Shown here: one piece after another, positions 1 to 11,552 of the stretch
Layout of the letters: each line of letters starts with the position of its first letter
Position numbering within the stretch: the first letter of the stretch is position 1
Source of the DNA: Flectonema sp. DT1601
Taxonomy: Eukaryota
DNA: 64,000 bases
Direction of reading: 5' to 3'
Assembly (NCBI GenBank): GCA_964019425.1
Contig: OZ025805.1
Location: forward strand, 124,001-188,000
Translations under genes and position numbers: made by a program
The notes under the pieces: model-generated
What the model was told of the DNA's origin: nothing
Database searches by the model: none
Seen by the model: only the letters and a program-made list of their open reading frames with translations

Positions 1-3000
1 CTTCGCGAGAGGCTTTTTCAAGTTTAGGTTGCATGTCTTGCAATTCTTTTTTTAGTTTTTTAACCATTTCAGAGGTGCTAGCGAGTTTGTCAAGACCTGA
101 CTGGAATCTTTCTAGCTGTCTGTCAGTGTTGCTGGTACTCTCTTCTAACATAGTGAGATATGATGCAATGAGAGAAAGATAGCTTGTTGGAGTCGTGAAG
201 TTCCTCCGTCTTAGAGAATTCCACATACTCTCAGAACGTTGTTCAATTGTCGTGTGCATTACTACACACATATCACCCAGAGTCTCCATTCGTTGGCTGA
301 TTGTTTCTTTACATCCTCCAGTTGCTTTTTGAAATAATCTTTTAGCAACTTGTTTCAATGCTAATGATGGCCATTTAGTAAACCAATCAATAGTCATGCA
401 GTTTACCAGAGATGGAAACATTCGGAGTCTGTTACGAAATTGATCACCGATAGGACTAACACAAAATATAACATGAAGATTATCTCTAACTAACTGTATG
501 TAATAACGTATAATTGATCTTCTGTTGTCTGACGAACATCTTTCTCTAGTTGCGTTTATTATCCTTTCATAGTCTTCATTTTGATAGATATTAGGTACAT
601 CACCAACATTCAAAACACTGTTGATATCTTCCAAGAATTGTTCACAGACGATTTGAGTATCTGCGAACAAGAACACGACCGGACTTCCTGAACAACCTGC
701 TTCCAGCAATAATCCCTTTAAATCGTCTCTAAACTGTTGAACACCATAGCTCCGTGATACACTAATTTGAAGACATTTTTGACCACATATGAAAGCAGCT
801 AGTTCAGTAATTGAGTGTCGACCAGATCCACCAACACCAACAAGGAGAGCGTTTCCTCGTGGCTGTCGAAGGATTCTACACATTCTGGTTAAGTGTTGTA
901 TCGCATCATCGAACATAACGAGATCGATTTCTTTTGATGTTTGAACACCAAAGTCGATTTGATAATCTGCCAGTACCTCCTGCATATTAATAATCGTTGG
1001 ATCAATTTCTTTGTATGAATCACTTTTAATGTCTCCCCAGGATCCGAATAACATACTCTTCCAATCATTCGGAACTTCTTGTTTTAGATGTTTTCGAGTA
1101 ATTTCTGAAACACATTCCCACCACCATGATCTGTCTTCTTCACTGATCAGTCTATCATGAAATACTCTGCTGGTTTCATGAACGAATACTTTTGCTACTT
1201 GGACTGGGGTGTTCATGTTGGCTGTTTCAATCATCAGGAGTCCTTGAATTACTTTCGATAAGTCTCTTAAGTTAAACGTGTAATGAATTTTCAACGGAGT
1301 CGGAAGCATCTCGACTGAAATTTTTTGAAAGATATTAATAGTCGCAGCGACAACACTCCCCGCCATCGATCTAACTTCAGACGGAAACGATGACAAAAAA
1401 CCAGCTAAAATAGAAGTGAAAATAGCAGTCATACTCCCCACTGATAATAAAGGAACAGTCAAACAGTGAAAATGAGTTGTCAGTCGAGGAGTCATTTCGT
1501 GTTTACCTCCTCCAGGGGGTCCGCAGCAAGCGATGCAAATAACATCTCGAACTTCTTTGTAAATATCTTTTTTACGACGGTCGAAAAATCCTCCTTCACT
1601 CTCACCTGATGGGTTCATACCTCTTTGAAGCATTTGTCTTAGGAGTTCTAGTGGAGGAGAGGCGCCGTACTTCTCAGGCTCAGGCATGTTTGCGTCATCC
1701 ACTAAAAGGATACATCGTTTGCCTGGTGCTGCTCCAAGTAGCGTGTTTTTCTTCTTCGTCAGATTCGCTTCAATAAACTCTTGCAAATTAACAGCTGATG
1801 TCTGAGCTGAGAACGACATACTCGCTGACTGCCACGGCGCATTCGGATCCTCAGATTTCAAAACCTCGTTGAGAGCGAAATTAATAGTAGCCGACTTCCC
1901 TACTCCAGTAACACCGTTAACAAGAACATGTCTATTTACTGAAAGCAAATAGACAACATGTTGTCTTAAAATAGCCGTATCCGGGGTTTGAACTAACATG
2001 TCAAAGAACGGTTGTCCCGGTCGGTAACGAAAATTAGCAACCTTATAATCCCAAGGAACGAAGGTATTTCCACCTTTGTGAACTACGTAGCTGTAGACGG
2101 AACCGGTGGATGGGAAGTTGGCGTCGGGGAGGTTGCTTTGGATTTGTCGGCGGAAGAATTCGTCTGCCTTTGGTCGGGATGGGTCAGATATATTACCTCC
2201 GAGGGACCAGATGTATGACATGATGAAGAATCTATCGAGAAGCTTTGATTCATCTATCGCTGCTTTTTTTGGTTTTCCAGCCCTCACTCTTCCGATATCC
2301 ACTGCTTCACCTCCCTGAGCATCAGCTTCTGTTTCGACATCATCTCCGTCGTCTTGTTCTTCCCAATTCGCGACGTATGCCTGAAGTAGTTTACATAACG
2401 AAATTACTAGTTGGGAATCTATAGTAGCAATGTATTCACCGCATTGTGTTCGGAGAAATTGAAGTGTTGGTTGGATGAAAAGAGACAACAGTTCATTGAT
2501 TCTGTCACCATCCCATCTCTTTCCATATAAATTCTGTTTCGTTACGTTTTGAGTAAATGACAGAGAAAGAGGTTTCCAACCACCGTCTAGATAGTATGGC
2601 TCCATGTAGACCATTCCACATCTGGAAACAGTCGCAGGTGAGGCGACCTTTAAATCATTAACTTCAAACATTATACTAATCGTTTCCGGAATCTTTATTC
2701 TCTCCCCGTTAACAAGACAGAGCAGTTTATTATCGTCAAGGACGGTGTTCATATTTTCAATCCAAATTGCGTCGACTGGACCATCAAAGCAAATCCAAGA
2801 TCTAGCTGGTGGTGGACTTCTCGTGTTGTCAACAAGTATTCTCGTGATGTGACTGAGAACTCCATCAGACCATTCTCTTGTAGCGGGGTTGATATCTCCG
2901 TACATCTCACCCATGGATATGCTCTTAGGATTCAAGCGATACGTTGTGGTTTTATTAATAAATCGATTGTCCCCATTTGGGTCTGCATTCTCATTCTTAA

Positions 3001-6000
3001 GTCTAACGAGAGCATCTCGTAGGGTGAGCGCATTTGTTGTTTTTCCACTCATTGAAGCTCCGACAAGCATAACTCCGTGTCTTACTACCATCGTTTTATA
3101 AAGCTGCATTAGTTTGTCAACGAATGATGAAACGACTTGTTTTCCAGCATCACGGAGTTCTGTTTCGATCGCTTTAATAAGTTCCTCGTTTATGCTTTCT
3201 CTGATCTCAACTGTAGGGAATAAGTCTTGTACCAATGCCATGAATAGGGTGGTGTCTTCTCGTAGGAATTTTGGAACATTTGCGTCTCTCATTGCTCTGA
3301 TTAAGAGCATGTCCTCTGCGGCATCGGGGTCACCACGTTTAAGTGATCCAGCCATTACCAAGATTGATTTAACAGCACGCATTCCAAAGTCATAATGGTC
3401 TTGCTTACTGAGTTGTTGAGATGATAAATTATAAAGTTGAACCATTTTCTGTGCTAACGATTTACTGTCAGAGAATCCTTCAGCATAAAACATGATTTCA
3501 GCTATCAATGCGTAGTCAGGTATCATCATACAGATTGGTCTGAACAATGCTTTTAGGTTATCAGGAAGTTCAGTTCTACCCGCATAGCCAGGATTCATTG
3601 TGATAAAAACACCAAAATTTGAATTTAATCTCATCTTGTGACCATCAAACATCATCGTGTCTTTTCCTTCTGCAATAGCAAGAGTCACTTCGAGCATTTG
3701 CTGAGCGACGACTGAGAGTACTTCGATATCAATGCGGTTAAATTCATCAAAACAGGCCCATGCACCTGCCTGGGCTAATCCAGCAAACATTTGAGACATC
3801 ATTTTATAATTTAAACCATCAGAACAGTTGAATACGACTACCTGACGTGCCAGGGCTTTTCCTAAATCTTTTACCGACTCAGTCTTACCGGTTCCTGCTG
3901 GTCCCTGTGGAGCTGCACCAAGATTCATGTGAAGGGCACCAGTACATGTTAAGAACGCTCGTTCTGTTAATGGAGTGATGACCAGTCTTGGTAAGTTACC
4001 TAAGTATTCATAGCCATAAAGAACACGAGCACTGCTGTGACCAATCCAGCAGTCTTCATTCTCAGAAGGATTTCCATTATTCGTCCAGTAGTACCGAAGT
4101 TGTTTTTGCCAATTAAAATCATCAGTTGTTTGACACTTGTCTTCTTCTAAGTTCTCAAGAACGCTAATCGCGTGAACATCAACTACGAGGAGGCAGCATA
4201 CTAATGTTCTTTGAAGACTTGATAAATCTTTTTTAACGAGATCGACAGTTCTGAGGATTTGTTTTGAATATGATTGTCGATATTCAACCAAAGCTCCCGG
4301 GTCAGTCGACATTACCGACCACACGTTTTCAACTTCACTTGTCCAGTAAATCACATCAACACATGAGACACACTGTGCTGGATGCTGAAAATACCAATCC
4401 TCACGTAGAGTGTTGGGATACGATAAAACTGTTTGTTTCATCTCTTCGTAGAGCGTCGTTCTCATGGATCGTTCTATTTCACAAAGCCAATGCTCAACAT
4501 TACCAGCAGCAGTCACAGCTCGTGAAAAGTTAACAACCTCACCCTCGGATGAGATCATCGCACTGATGTTAGTGTTGTCTGGTGGATTCGTAAATGTCAA
4601 ACTTTTCATATTATCGAAACACTTTTGCAGGTGTTTACAAACTTGAAGAGGATTTCTAACATCAGAAAGGATCTCAAGAAGCTCATCATTTGATAAGAAA
4701 TAAAATCGAGGAAAGGCTGTTCGTTTCGTTTCCAAGTAGTCCTCAAGTCGTTTCTGAACCTTATCAAGCGATTCATTCCCTCTGATCAACATTGGGAGGG
4801 TCTCAGGATCAGCCGTCAAGGGAAGAATCTTTGGATCGTCGTGTGCTCTTTGCATTAACGTTCGGAATTCTGCATCTGTTTTACTGAAGAGTCGGCTTTC
4901 TTCTGGAAGTTGTTTTTGAATGTCTTCTGAACTGAAAATGAATTCTAAATACATCCAAGCCTTTTGTAAATTAATCCATTCATCGAGAGCGTCTGCCGTT
5001 ATTCTCAATTTTGTCTCCCACTCTTCAACTGCCGGACGAATACCAGCAACCCATCTTGAGGCTAAGCAGGTTTGAACAGACACTTGATTGTCTTCGAGTT
5101 TCTCGATTATCTCATCGAGACCTCCGAGTATAAAAACTCCATCTTGTTCTCTGTGATTCTTAACTATGAATTCCAATCCTTCAGGACCTTCCCATTGCTC
5201 TTTAACTTGATCTAGATCACGTTGAACTCCCCATTCACCTGTAGCAACTGACGACACGCTCTGAACTACTTCCATGTGTGAGAATGCTCCCATCGCTTTT
5301 AGGGAGTCGAGCGTTCGTTCCGGTGGTGCTCGTTTTCCAATTCCTTCGAATATCTGAACCCAATGACGTTCTTTAAGAGCTTTATTACCGAGTGATTCCA
5401 TTACTGGAAGGTGTTGTCTTTCTGCGCTGACGATGTTTAGGAGTTTTTCAGTAACTCCATCACCGTCAGTTTTATTCATTTTGTATGCTTTTTGATAGAG
5501 TTCTTCAATTTGTTGTTTTACATCAGTCATGTCTAGTTTATCAAGGGGTGTTGATCCCCAGGTACGTCTTCGTTCTTCCCATCGAGCGAGGGATGACCAC
5601 AGATCGTACCTATCGTTGTATACTTTTTCTGCTTGAATTAGACTCGGCCACTGTGATGGAATTTGCTGATCAAATAAAACCTGCCATTCTTGTAGTGTGT
5701 CTGTCCATGTCTTTATCGCTTTTAATTGTTGATTCACCGCTCCGAGTTTAACTTCTAATATAAACTGTGCTGGGGATTTTGGATTTTTATAGTCGGATTT
5801 TGAATCTGTCAAGTCTTTGTTTATTCCGATTAATTTTTTATTCTCATCATCGATCGCTTCTTGAAGCTGAACTAGCATAGCTGACATTTCTCTTTTTCTG
5901 CGATCTTTTGCAGTCTCCATTGCTTGGTTTAGTCTTTCTCTTTCGTCGATCATGTCATTTCTCGCAGCCAACTGTTGATACAAAATAGAGAACCCAGTCT

Positions 6001-7990
6001 GGTCAGCTACTTTAAACAAGTCTTCGATGGAATCAACTTCTAAATTGACTTTTGAACTTTTTTCAAAAATAGCATTGCAGTCTCTGACCCATTCCGCAAA
6101 ATACTTCAAAGGAACGATTCTCTTTTCATCTAATCGATGTCTCATTGCTTCCAGTGATTGGACTCCCTCTCGCTCAAATGTAACACGTGAGATTTCTTGG
6201 GCACGCTTTGTCGCTAACTCCAAGAGACATGTTTTAATCTGGTCAAGGATGCCGTCCAGAGGTTGCAACAACTCACCAGTTAATTTTCTTATGTAGATGT
6301 GCAGTATTCCGTGATCTGAGTCATGCAGGCGTTCCAACTCTGCCTTAAACGTATTCTTAACCCTTTTAATGTATTTTGTGAAATCTTGAGCAACCAGTGT
6401 GTCTCTCTCGTTTATCCAACGTTTGTGTTCCGTCTTCCACTCTTCATCAACGAAATGTTTACATGAACGACATCCTCTGTAGTCTTGCGATGCAGCTTGT
6501 GCTCGTTCGTAACAGCTGGCTAGTAGTGTCTCAATCTCAAGGTGTAAACATTGAAATGTAGAGTCTTGGCTTAAGAGGTATTCAAGTGAATTAGATTCAG
6601 GAGACTTAAGAAGGATCGCTTCCTTTAAATTATCATCAAGTCTAGGCAATCGAACAACCGCATCAGCTTCTTTAACAACATTAGCGAGAAGATAACGAAA
6701 TGCTTGTTGAAGCTGACTGTGTTGGGGTACCAACATTAAATTCTTACTTTGATCAAATTGACACGTTACTTCAAACGTAACAAGCAGGTCTCTTGATCTT
6801 TCAGGTTGTTTCTCATGACTGACAAATTGCTCAGATTGACGTAAAACTGATTTAAATACATTCTCCGTCACCATCATATCTGAAAGTCTAACGAAGTTAC
6901 CGAGAAAATCAAATTCGATCATCGCTCTTTTCAGTGCTCTTTTTCTTTCTTGTTTTTCAGCATCTCTCTCAGACTTAAACAAAGTTCCTTTATCACCAGC
7001 AACCATCGTATGAGCTGACAAGTATTCATCTAACTTCTCAACTGTTGTTAAGTCAGGAACGTGTGCTGAATGAGAAACTTTTTGACACAAAGAACTAAGC
7101 ACGTCTTTAATCCCATTCATCGTAGTAGTGAATTGCGATGACGCTTGATCGAGTTGCTCTGCTTGACGGTCTTTGAAATCATTTAATTCGTAGTGAACTC
7201 TTTGACTGAATTGCAAGATTAAAACAGTAGCTGGACCTTGTAAAATCGTTTGTAGCATAGACATATCAAGAACAGCTTGGTGATTAATGTGACTGAGTCT
7301 CCATTCCCTCTGCTGTAGCAATCTATCAACACCAGCTCTCTGAGCAGGTCCTTGAGATATTCCTGTTAAAGTCAACGATGTACTACTAAATTGAATTCCA
7401 AGAGGTTCTCCAGGTGACCTGTGAACGGTGATTTCTGATGTCGGATACGACAACAAATAAGGATTTTGCAAATCATAAGCAAGTTTGTGAATGGCCGCAA
7501 GCGGTTTAGCAAAAGTATACTTCGATAAAAATAGTCTTTTACAACAGCGGGTTCTACTCTGTAGAAACAGTCCATATCTAATATTATTTTTCCATTGAGC
7601 GAATGCCTTGTACGTTAAATAATTTTTAAAAAATTTAATTTCCGTCAACTCATCGAACAGACTTGACTCTCTCATCCAGTTCGAAGTAGTAAATAATTCC
7701 GGTGATGCGAAAGGTCTCACGTGCACTACACCTTTACCGCTGATAACCCAATGCTCTGGATCTTGTTCGCCTCTCAAAACCACAACTAAGTCATACGGCC
7801 GATAGAGTAATGAACTAATATCATTATTGCAGTATACAAATCGAAAAGACGGCTTCGGTGTTGAACTGAAAAATGAAATCACGTGCTGGGCATTTCTCAA
7901 TCGTCCAACCGGCTCCTTATCCCCGCTAGTGATTGCTGGCAACGGTCCAGCAGGTTTGTGTGGTATGTGATACTTTTGATAGTGATGCAT
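1..7990 (-). CDS. Axonemal (inner-arm, DNAH6-like) dynein heavy chain, 5' ~2660 codons; runs off the window start
   Basis: The frame at ATG 7990 (MHHYQKYHIP...) matches the frame at position 1, consistent with one uninterrupted ORF. It is probably absent from the ORF track because it has no stop in the window. Motifs read manually: AAA1 GPAGTGKTE (~3880-3905), [32 protein letters not shown]2 GASMSGKT (~3045-3065), FDGPVDAIWIENMNTVLDDNKLLCL, AAA3 GVTGVGKS (~1895-1918), AAA4 GVGGSGR (~820-840). The start codon is uncertain; a possible 5'UTR intron lies at ~8015-8058. Confidence 0.93.
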   Translation of the reverse strand, partial: MHHYQKYHIPHKPAGPLPAITSGDKEPVGRLRNAQHVISFFSSTPKPSFRFVYCNNDISSLLYRPYDLVVVLRGEQDPEHWVISGKGVVHVRPFASPELFTTSNWMRESSLFDELTEIKFFKNYLTYKAFAQWKNNIRYGLFLQSRTRCCKRLFLSKYTFAKPLAAIHKLAYDLQNPYLLSYPTSEITVHRSPGEPLGIQFSSTSLTLTGISQGPAQRAGVDRLLQQREWRLSHINHQAVLDMSMLQTILQGPATVLILQFSQRVHYELNDFKDRQAEQLDQASSQFTTTMNGIKDVLSSLCQKVSHSAHVPDLTTVEKLDEYLSAHTMVAGDKGTLFKSERDAEKQERKRALKRAMIEFDFLGNFVRLSDMMVTENVFKSVLRQSEQFVSHEKQPERSRDLLVTFEVTCQFDQSKNLMLVPQHSQLQQAFRYLLANVVKEADAVVRLPRLDDNLKEAILLKSPESNSLEYLLSQDSTFQCLHLEIETLLASCYERAQAASQDYRGCRSCKHFVDEEWKTEHKRWINERDTLVAQDFTKYIKRVKNTFKAELERLHDSDHGILHIYIRKLTGELLQPLDGILDQIKTCLLELATKRAQEISRVTFEREGVQSLEAMRHRLDEKRIVPLKYFAEWVRDCNAIFEKSSKVNLEVDSIEDLFKVADQTGFSILYQQLAARNDMIDERERLNQAMETAKDRRKREMSAMLVQLQEAIDDENKKLIGINKDLTDSKSDYKNPKSPAQFILEVKLGAVNQQLKAIKTWTDTLQEWQVLFDQQIPSQWPSLIQAEKVYNDRYDLWSSLARWEERRRTWGSTPLDKLDMTDVKQQIEELYQKAYKMNKTDGDGVTEKLLNIVSAERQHLPVMESLGNKALKERHWVQIFEGIGKRAPPERTLDSLKAMGAFSHMEVVQSVSSVATGEWGVQRDLDQVKEQWEGPEGLEFIVKNHREQDGVFILGGLDEIIEKLEDNQVSVQTCLASRWVAGIRPAVEEWETKLRITADALDEWINLQKAWMYLEFIFSSEDIQKQLPEESRLFSKTDAEFRTLMQRAHDDPKILPLTADPETLPMLIRGNESLDKVQKRLEDYLETKRTAFPRFYFLSNDELLEILSDVRNPLQVCKHLQKCFDNMKSLTFTNPPDNTNISAMISSEGEVVNFSRAVTAAGNVEHWLCEIERSMRTTLYEEMKQTVLSYPNTLREDWYFQHPAQCVSCVDVIYWTSEVENVWSVMSTDPGALVEYRQSYSKQILRTVDLVKKDLSSLQRTLVCCLLVVDVHAISVLENLEEDKCQTTDDFNWQKQLRYYWTNNGNPSENEDCWIGHSSARVLYGYEYLGNLPRLVITPLTERAFLTCTGALHMNLGAAPQGPAGTGKTESVKDLGKALARQVVVFNCSDGLNYKMMSQMFAGLAQAGAWACFDEFNRIDIEVLSVVAQQMLEVTLAIAEGKDTMMFDGHKMRLNSNFGVFITMNPGYAGRTELPDNLKALFRPICMMIPDYALIAEIMFYAEGFSDSKSLAQKMVQLYNLSSQQLSKQDHYDFGMRAVKSILVMAGSLKRGDPDAAEDMLLIRAMRDANVPKFLREDTTLFMALVQDLFPTVEIRESINEELIKAIETELRDAGKQVVSSFVDKLMQLYKTMVVRHGVMLVGASMSGKTTNALTLRDALVRLKNENADPNGDNRFINKTTTYRLNPKSISMGEMYGDINPATREWSDGVLSHITRILVDNTRSPPPARSWICFDGPVDAIWIENMNTVLDDNKLLCLVNGERIKIPETISIMFEVNDLKVASPATVSRCGMVYMEPYYLDGGWKPLSLSFTQNVTKQNLYGKRWDGDRINELLSLFIQPTLQFLRTQCGEYIATIDSQLVISLCKLLQAYVANWEEQDDGDDVETEADAQGGEAVDIGRVRAGKPKKAAIDESKLLDRFFIMSYIWSLGGNISDPSRPKADEFFRRQIQSNLPDANFPSTGSVYSYVVHKGGNTFVPWDYKVANFRYRPGQPFFDMLVQTPDTAILRQHVVYLLSVNRHVLVNGVTGVGKSATINFALNEVLKSEDPNAPWQSASMSFSAQTSAVNLQEFIEANLTKKKNTLLGAAPGKRCILLVDDANMPEPEKYGASPPLELLRQMLQRGMNPSGESEGGFFDRRKKDIYKEVRDVICIACCGPPGGGKHEMTPRLTTHFHCLTVPLLSVGSMTAIFTSILAGFLSSFPSEVRSMAGSVVAATINIFQKISVEMLPTPLKIHYTFNLRDLSKVIQGLLMIETANMNTPVQVAKVFVHETSRVFHDRLISEEDRSWWWECVSEITRKHLKQEVPNDWKSMLFGSWGDIKSDSYKEIDPTIINMQEVLADYQIDFGVQTSKEIDLVMFDDAIQHLTRMCRILRQPRGNALLVGVGGSGRHSITELAAFICGQKCLQISVSRSYGVQQFRDDLKGLLLEAGCSGSPVVFLFADTQIVCEQFLEDINSVLNVGDVPNIYQNEDYERIINATRERCSSDNRRSIIRYYIQLVRDNLHVIFCVSPIGDQFRNRLRMFPSLVNCMTIDWFTKWPSLALKQVAKRLFQKATGGCKETISQRMETLGDMCVVMHTTIEQRSESMWNSLRRRNFTTPTSYLSLIASYLTMLEESTSNTDRQLERFQSGLDKLASTSEMVKKLKKELQDMQPKLEKASRE

Positions 7991-8130
7991 AATTTAATTG
8001 TGAGTTGTGCATATCTGAACAAATTAAAACTAAAAAAAAGAAAACAAATTAAAACATACAATCACAGAACAAGACCATTGGGATTACGGGGGTCGGGAAG
8101 TTAATTTGCAGATTCTAACTTAGCAAGTCT

Positions 8131-8927
8131 GCATGTCGTCTGTGCCGCTGAAATGAGGAGGAAATGAGTAATTCGCTTTCCATCACTTATATGCACCTGA
8201 GAAAGAAGTATATGTTAAGATTGAAGGCAAAGACAAACACCAGAATTGTATCCAACAAAACAAGTATTTACACTGTGAAGGGGTGCAGATTACTTCTGCG
8301 TAAGGGGTTATGTTTTGAAGTAGTAGTTGGAGGAAGAGGAGTGGGAGCAGAGTCTGAAAAAGGGAAAAATTATACTAAAGGAAAGAAGCGTTCTTTATCT
8401 ACCCCAAGGGGATTTCACCGCAGGAGGAGACTTAACCGAGAAAGAAATTTAGAAAGCTTTGATTCTGACCAGTCAGGATTGATCAGTGCATCTACTATAG
8501 AAAGGTCGTCTATAACAATATTTAAGTCGGTAGTTTTATATGAAATATCAATAACTTCCATAACATGGTTCTTCACATCAGAGCGCAGAAGTGAGAAACT
8601 TGTCTTCCTTTCGATCCGCGCGACTAGTTTCTTCCTCACAAAAACACCCTGAAGCGGAAACTTGAACAATAACAGATTGTCAGATAACTCAATAAGATGA
8701 CTATTAAGATTGTTAATAGCCTTCTTGAGATGTTATCTGAAATATATTTCTCCTTTTTATAATATTCTCGCGGATTTGGAGATTTTCTTTCAAACTCGCG
8801 AGTTCTTCCACAAGTAATATTTCCCTGCCACAGAAAGATTTTTAGGGTCAAATAATTAATAAAACAAAAATAACAAAAAGCAAAAAAAATTAACTCAATA
8901 CTTTACCTTAAGAATCAATTCACCATT
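8131..8927. repeat. ~0.75-kb intergenic cassette repeated downstream of every Ubl-LRR gene (also ~12597-14116, ~20360-21915, ~24829-26666, ~28897-29509)
   Basis: Near-identical blocks, e.g. ctgtgccgct(g/a)aaatgaggaggaaatgagtaatt ... gccacagaaagatttttagggtcaaataattaa. The copies differ by insertions and deletions. Confidence 0.9.
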
Positions 8928-10013
8928 TTATCCCGAAAAATCAATCGCTGCATTCACAGACTCCTCAAAGAGAGCGCTATTACTTTCAGGCAGCTGCACA
9001 GATTCAAGAGCGATGCATTCACTGAGAAAGTCATCACCAATAGTGGTGACACTACTAAGACCTGAAAGGTCAAGAGAAGTGATTTGTGAACAGTCAGACA
9101 AGAAATAATCACCAATTGTGGTGACACTACTAAGACCTGAAAGGTCAAGATTAGTGATTTGTTCACAGTAAAATAAGAAATAATTCTCAATAGTGGTGAC
9201 ACTATTAAGACTTGAAAGGTCAAGATTAGTGATTTGTTTACAGTTAGACAAGAAATAATTCCCAATAGTGGTGACACTATTAAGACTTGAAAGGTCAAGA
9301 GAATTGATTTGTTCACAGAAATATAAAAAGAAATTCCCAATAGTGGTGACACTACTAAGACCTGAAAAGTCAAGAAAAGTGATTTGTTTACAGTTAGACA
9401 AGAAACCATCACCAATAGTGGTGACACTACTAAGACTTGGAAGGGCAAGAAAAGAGATTTGTTTACAGTTAGACAAGAAACCATCACTAATAGTGGTTAC
9501 ACTACTAATACTTGAAAGGTCAAGAGAAGTGATTTGTGAACAACGAGACAAGAATCTATCTCCGATAGTAGTAACCAGTGAGATGTCTGTGTTGTTGGAA
9601 TTTGAATTGCGGAAAGCAATCTGTTTGGCATCTGAAGGAAGCAGCTCACCGTCAACAGTGAGGCAACCATCTTCTGTGAATGTGGCAGTGTCCAGATATA
9701 AGTACTCCGTAATGTGGTCTCTCATCCAAAGAAGCAGCTTCTCCCTTTTTGAATCATCAACAAACCAGCTTTTACTGAATATCCTAAACTGTTTCTTCCA
9801 CATTTCCAACTCGCTGTTTGCAACCACTCCATGATCTGCCAGCCGATCAGTTTCGCAAAGGGTATCACCAGCAAACGAGAGTTCAACTTCCTCCGGATCG
9901 ACATCCCACTCCCCAGCCGCCGCCGTCAACACGTCGCTTACAACCGAATCAGCACCAGCCGTCACTGTCACTTCGGGGAGTCCCCAATCAGGGCACGTCA
10001 CGAAAACTTGCAT
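8928..10013 (-). CDS. Ubl-LRR protein A (361 aa; ubiquitin-like domain + 7 full 25-aa LRRs)
   Basis: N-terminal MQVFV...VELSFAGDTLCETDRLADHGVVANSELEM resembles ubiquitin (MQIFV...LIFAGKQL...TLSDYNI). Tandem ITSLDLSxLSSVTTIGxxFLxxCxQ repeats are BspA/TpLRR-like. No signal peptide or TM segment is visible. Confidence 0.85.
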   Translation of the reverse strand: MQVFVTCPDWGLPEVTVTAGADSVVSDVLTAAAGEWDVDPEEVELSFAGDTLCETDRLADHGVVANSELEMWKKQFRIFSKSWFVDDSKREKLLLWMRDHITEYLYLDTATFTEDGCLTVDGELLPSDAKQIAFRNSNSNNTDISLVTTIGDRFLSRCSQITSLDLSSISSVTTISDGFLSNCKQISFLALPSLSSVTTIGDGFLSNCKQITFLDFSGLSSVTTIGNFFLYFCEQINSLDLSSLNSVTTIGNYFLSNCKQITNLDLSSLNSVTTIENYFLFYCEQITNLDLSGLSSVTTIGDYFLSDCSQITSLDLSGLSSVTTIGDDFLSECIALESVQLPESNSALFEESVNAAIDFSG

Positions 10014-10268
10014 TACTTTTTAGTTGTTTTTTGAGTTATTATTTGCTGTAGGGTGTTAATATATGGCTGCTGTGTAAAGAATGTATACAAAAGTAATTCA
10101 CAAATGTGTTTCAAAGCTTCCCTGTTCTAATCTATTTCACGGTATATTGAGCCATGAGTGCTACTGACAACTCAATAGCATCTTTCACATTTGGCAGCGT
10201 TGCAACTCCCTCTTCAACTCCCTCTTCAACAGGGAACATCCTCCGTTGCTTTGCGAATGTATCAGCGA

Positions 10269-11552
10269 TTATTCTCTCCCCGTTAACAAGACAGAGCAGT
10301 TTATTATCGTCAAGGACGGTGTTCATATTTTCAATCCAAATTGCGTCGACTGGACCATCAAAGCAAATCCAAGATTTAGCTGGTGGTGGACTTCTCGTGT
10401 TGCCAACAAGTATTCTCGTGATGTGACTGAGAACTCCATCAGACCATTCTCTTGTAGCGGGGTTGATATCTCCGTACATCTCACCCATGGATATGCTCTT
10501 AGGATTCAAGCGATACGTTGTGGTTTTATTAATAAATCGATTGTCCCCATTTGGGTCTGCATTCTCATTCTTAAGTCTAACGAGAGCATCTCGTAGGGTG
10601 AGCGCATTTGTTGTTTTTCCACTCATTGAAGCTCCGACAAGCATAACTCCGTGTCTTACTACCATCGTTTTATAAAAGCTGCATTAGTTTGTCAACGAAT
10701 GATGAAACGACTTGTTTTCCAGCATCACGGAGTTTAATAAGTTCCTCGCACTTAAACGTGGTGACCCCGATGCCGCAGAGGACATGCTCTTAATCAGAGC
10801 AATGAGAGACGCAAATGTTCCAAAATTCCTACGAGAAGACACCACCCTATTCATGGCATTGGTACAAGACTTATTCCCTACAGTTGAGATCAGAGAAAGC
10901 ATAAATCCAGCCATTACCAAGATTGATTTAACAGCACGCATTCCAAAGTCATAATGGTCTTGCTTACTGAGTTGTTGAGATGATAAATTATAAAGTTGAA
11001 CCATTTTCTGTGCTAACGATTTACTGTCAGAGAATCCTTAGCGTTCGTTCCGGTGGTGCTCGTTTTCCAATTCCTTCGAATATCTGAACCCAATGACGTT
11101 CTTTAAGAGCTTTATTACCGAGTGATTCCATTACTGGAAGGTGTTGTCTTTCTGCGCTGACGATGTTTAGGAGTTTTTCAGTAACTCCATCACCGTCAGT
11201 TTTATTCATTTTGTATGCTTTTTGATAGAGTTCTTCAATTTGTTGTTTTACATCAGTCATGTCTAGTTTATCAAGGGGTGTTGATCCCCAGGTACGTCTT
11301 CGTTCTTCCCATCGAGCGAGGGATGACCACAGATCGTACCTATCGTTGTATACTTTTTCTGCTTGAATTAGACTCGGCCACTGTGATGGAATTTGCTGAT
11401 CAAATAAAACCTGCCATTCTTGTAGTGTGTCTGTCCATGTCTTTATCGCTTTTAATTGTTGATTCACCGCTCCGAGTTTAACTTCTAATATAAACTGTGC
11501 TGGGGATTTTGGATTTTTATAGTCGGATTTTGAACTCTGTGATTCTTAACTA
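10269..11552 (-). pseudogene. Rearranged duplicate fragments of the dynein gene (copy 1)
   Basis: 10269-11039 copies dynein ~2695-3480, with a small deletion and an in-place inversion of ~3189-3345. 11040-11534 copies ~5310-5804. 11535-11552 copies ~5149-5166. Confidence 0.9.

Noticed and set aside
8164..8851. Repeated short ORFs in the intergenic cassette (MFKFPLQG..., MSNSLSIT..., MTLK...)
   Set aside because: Their conservation reflects recent duplication. The copies are disrupted by indels and insertions and show no recognisable domain.
9030..9580. CRISPR-like alternation of constant ~45-bp and variable ~30-bp segments (also in genes B-E)
   Set aside because: The period is exactly 75 bp and in frame, the variable parts are homologous to each other, the locus is eukaryotic and no cas genes are present. 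These are LRR coding repeats.
8954..9834. Long overlapping ORFs (FQVLVVSPLL... and VTLLRLERSRE...) on both strands of each LRR gene
   Set aside because: They are shadow frames of a stop-poor repeat, with boundaries that vary between paralogues.
10132..11467. Small dynein-like ORFs (10132-10665, 10684-11004, 10712-10954, 11027-11467; also 18524-19361)
   Set aside because: These are chimeric by-products of rearranged duplicate fragments, not independent genes.
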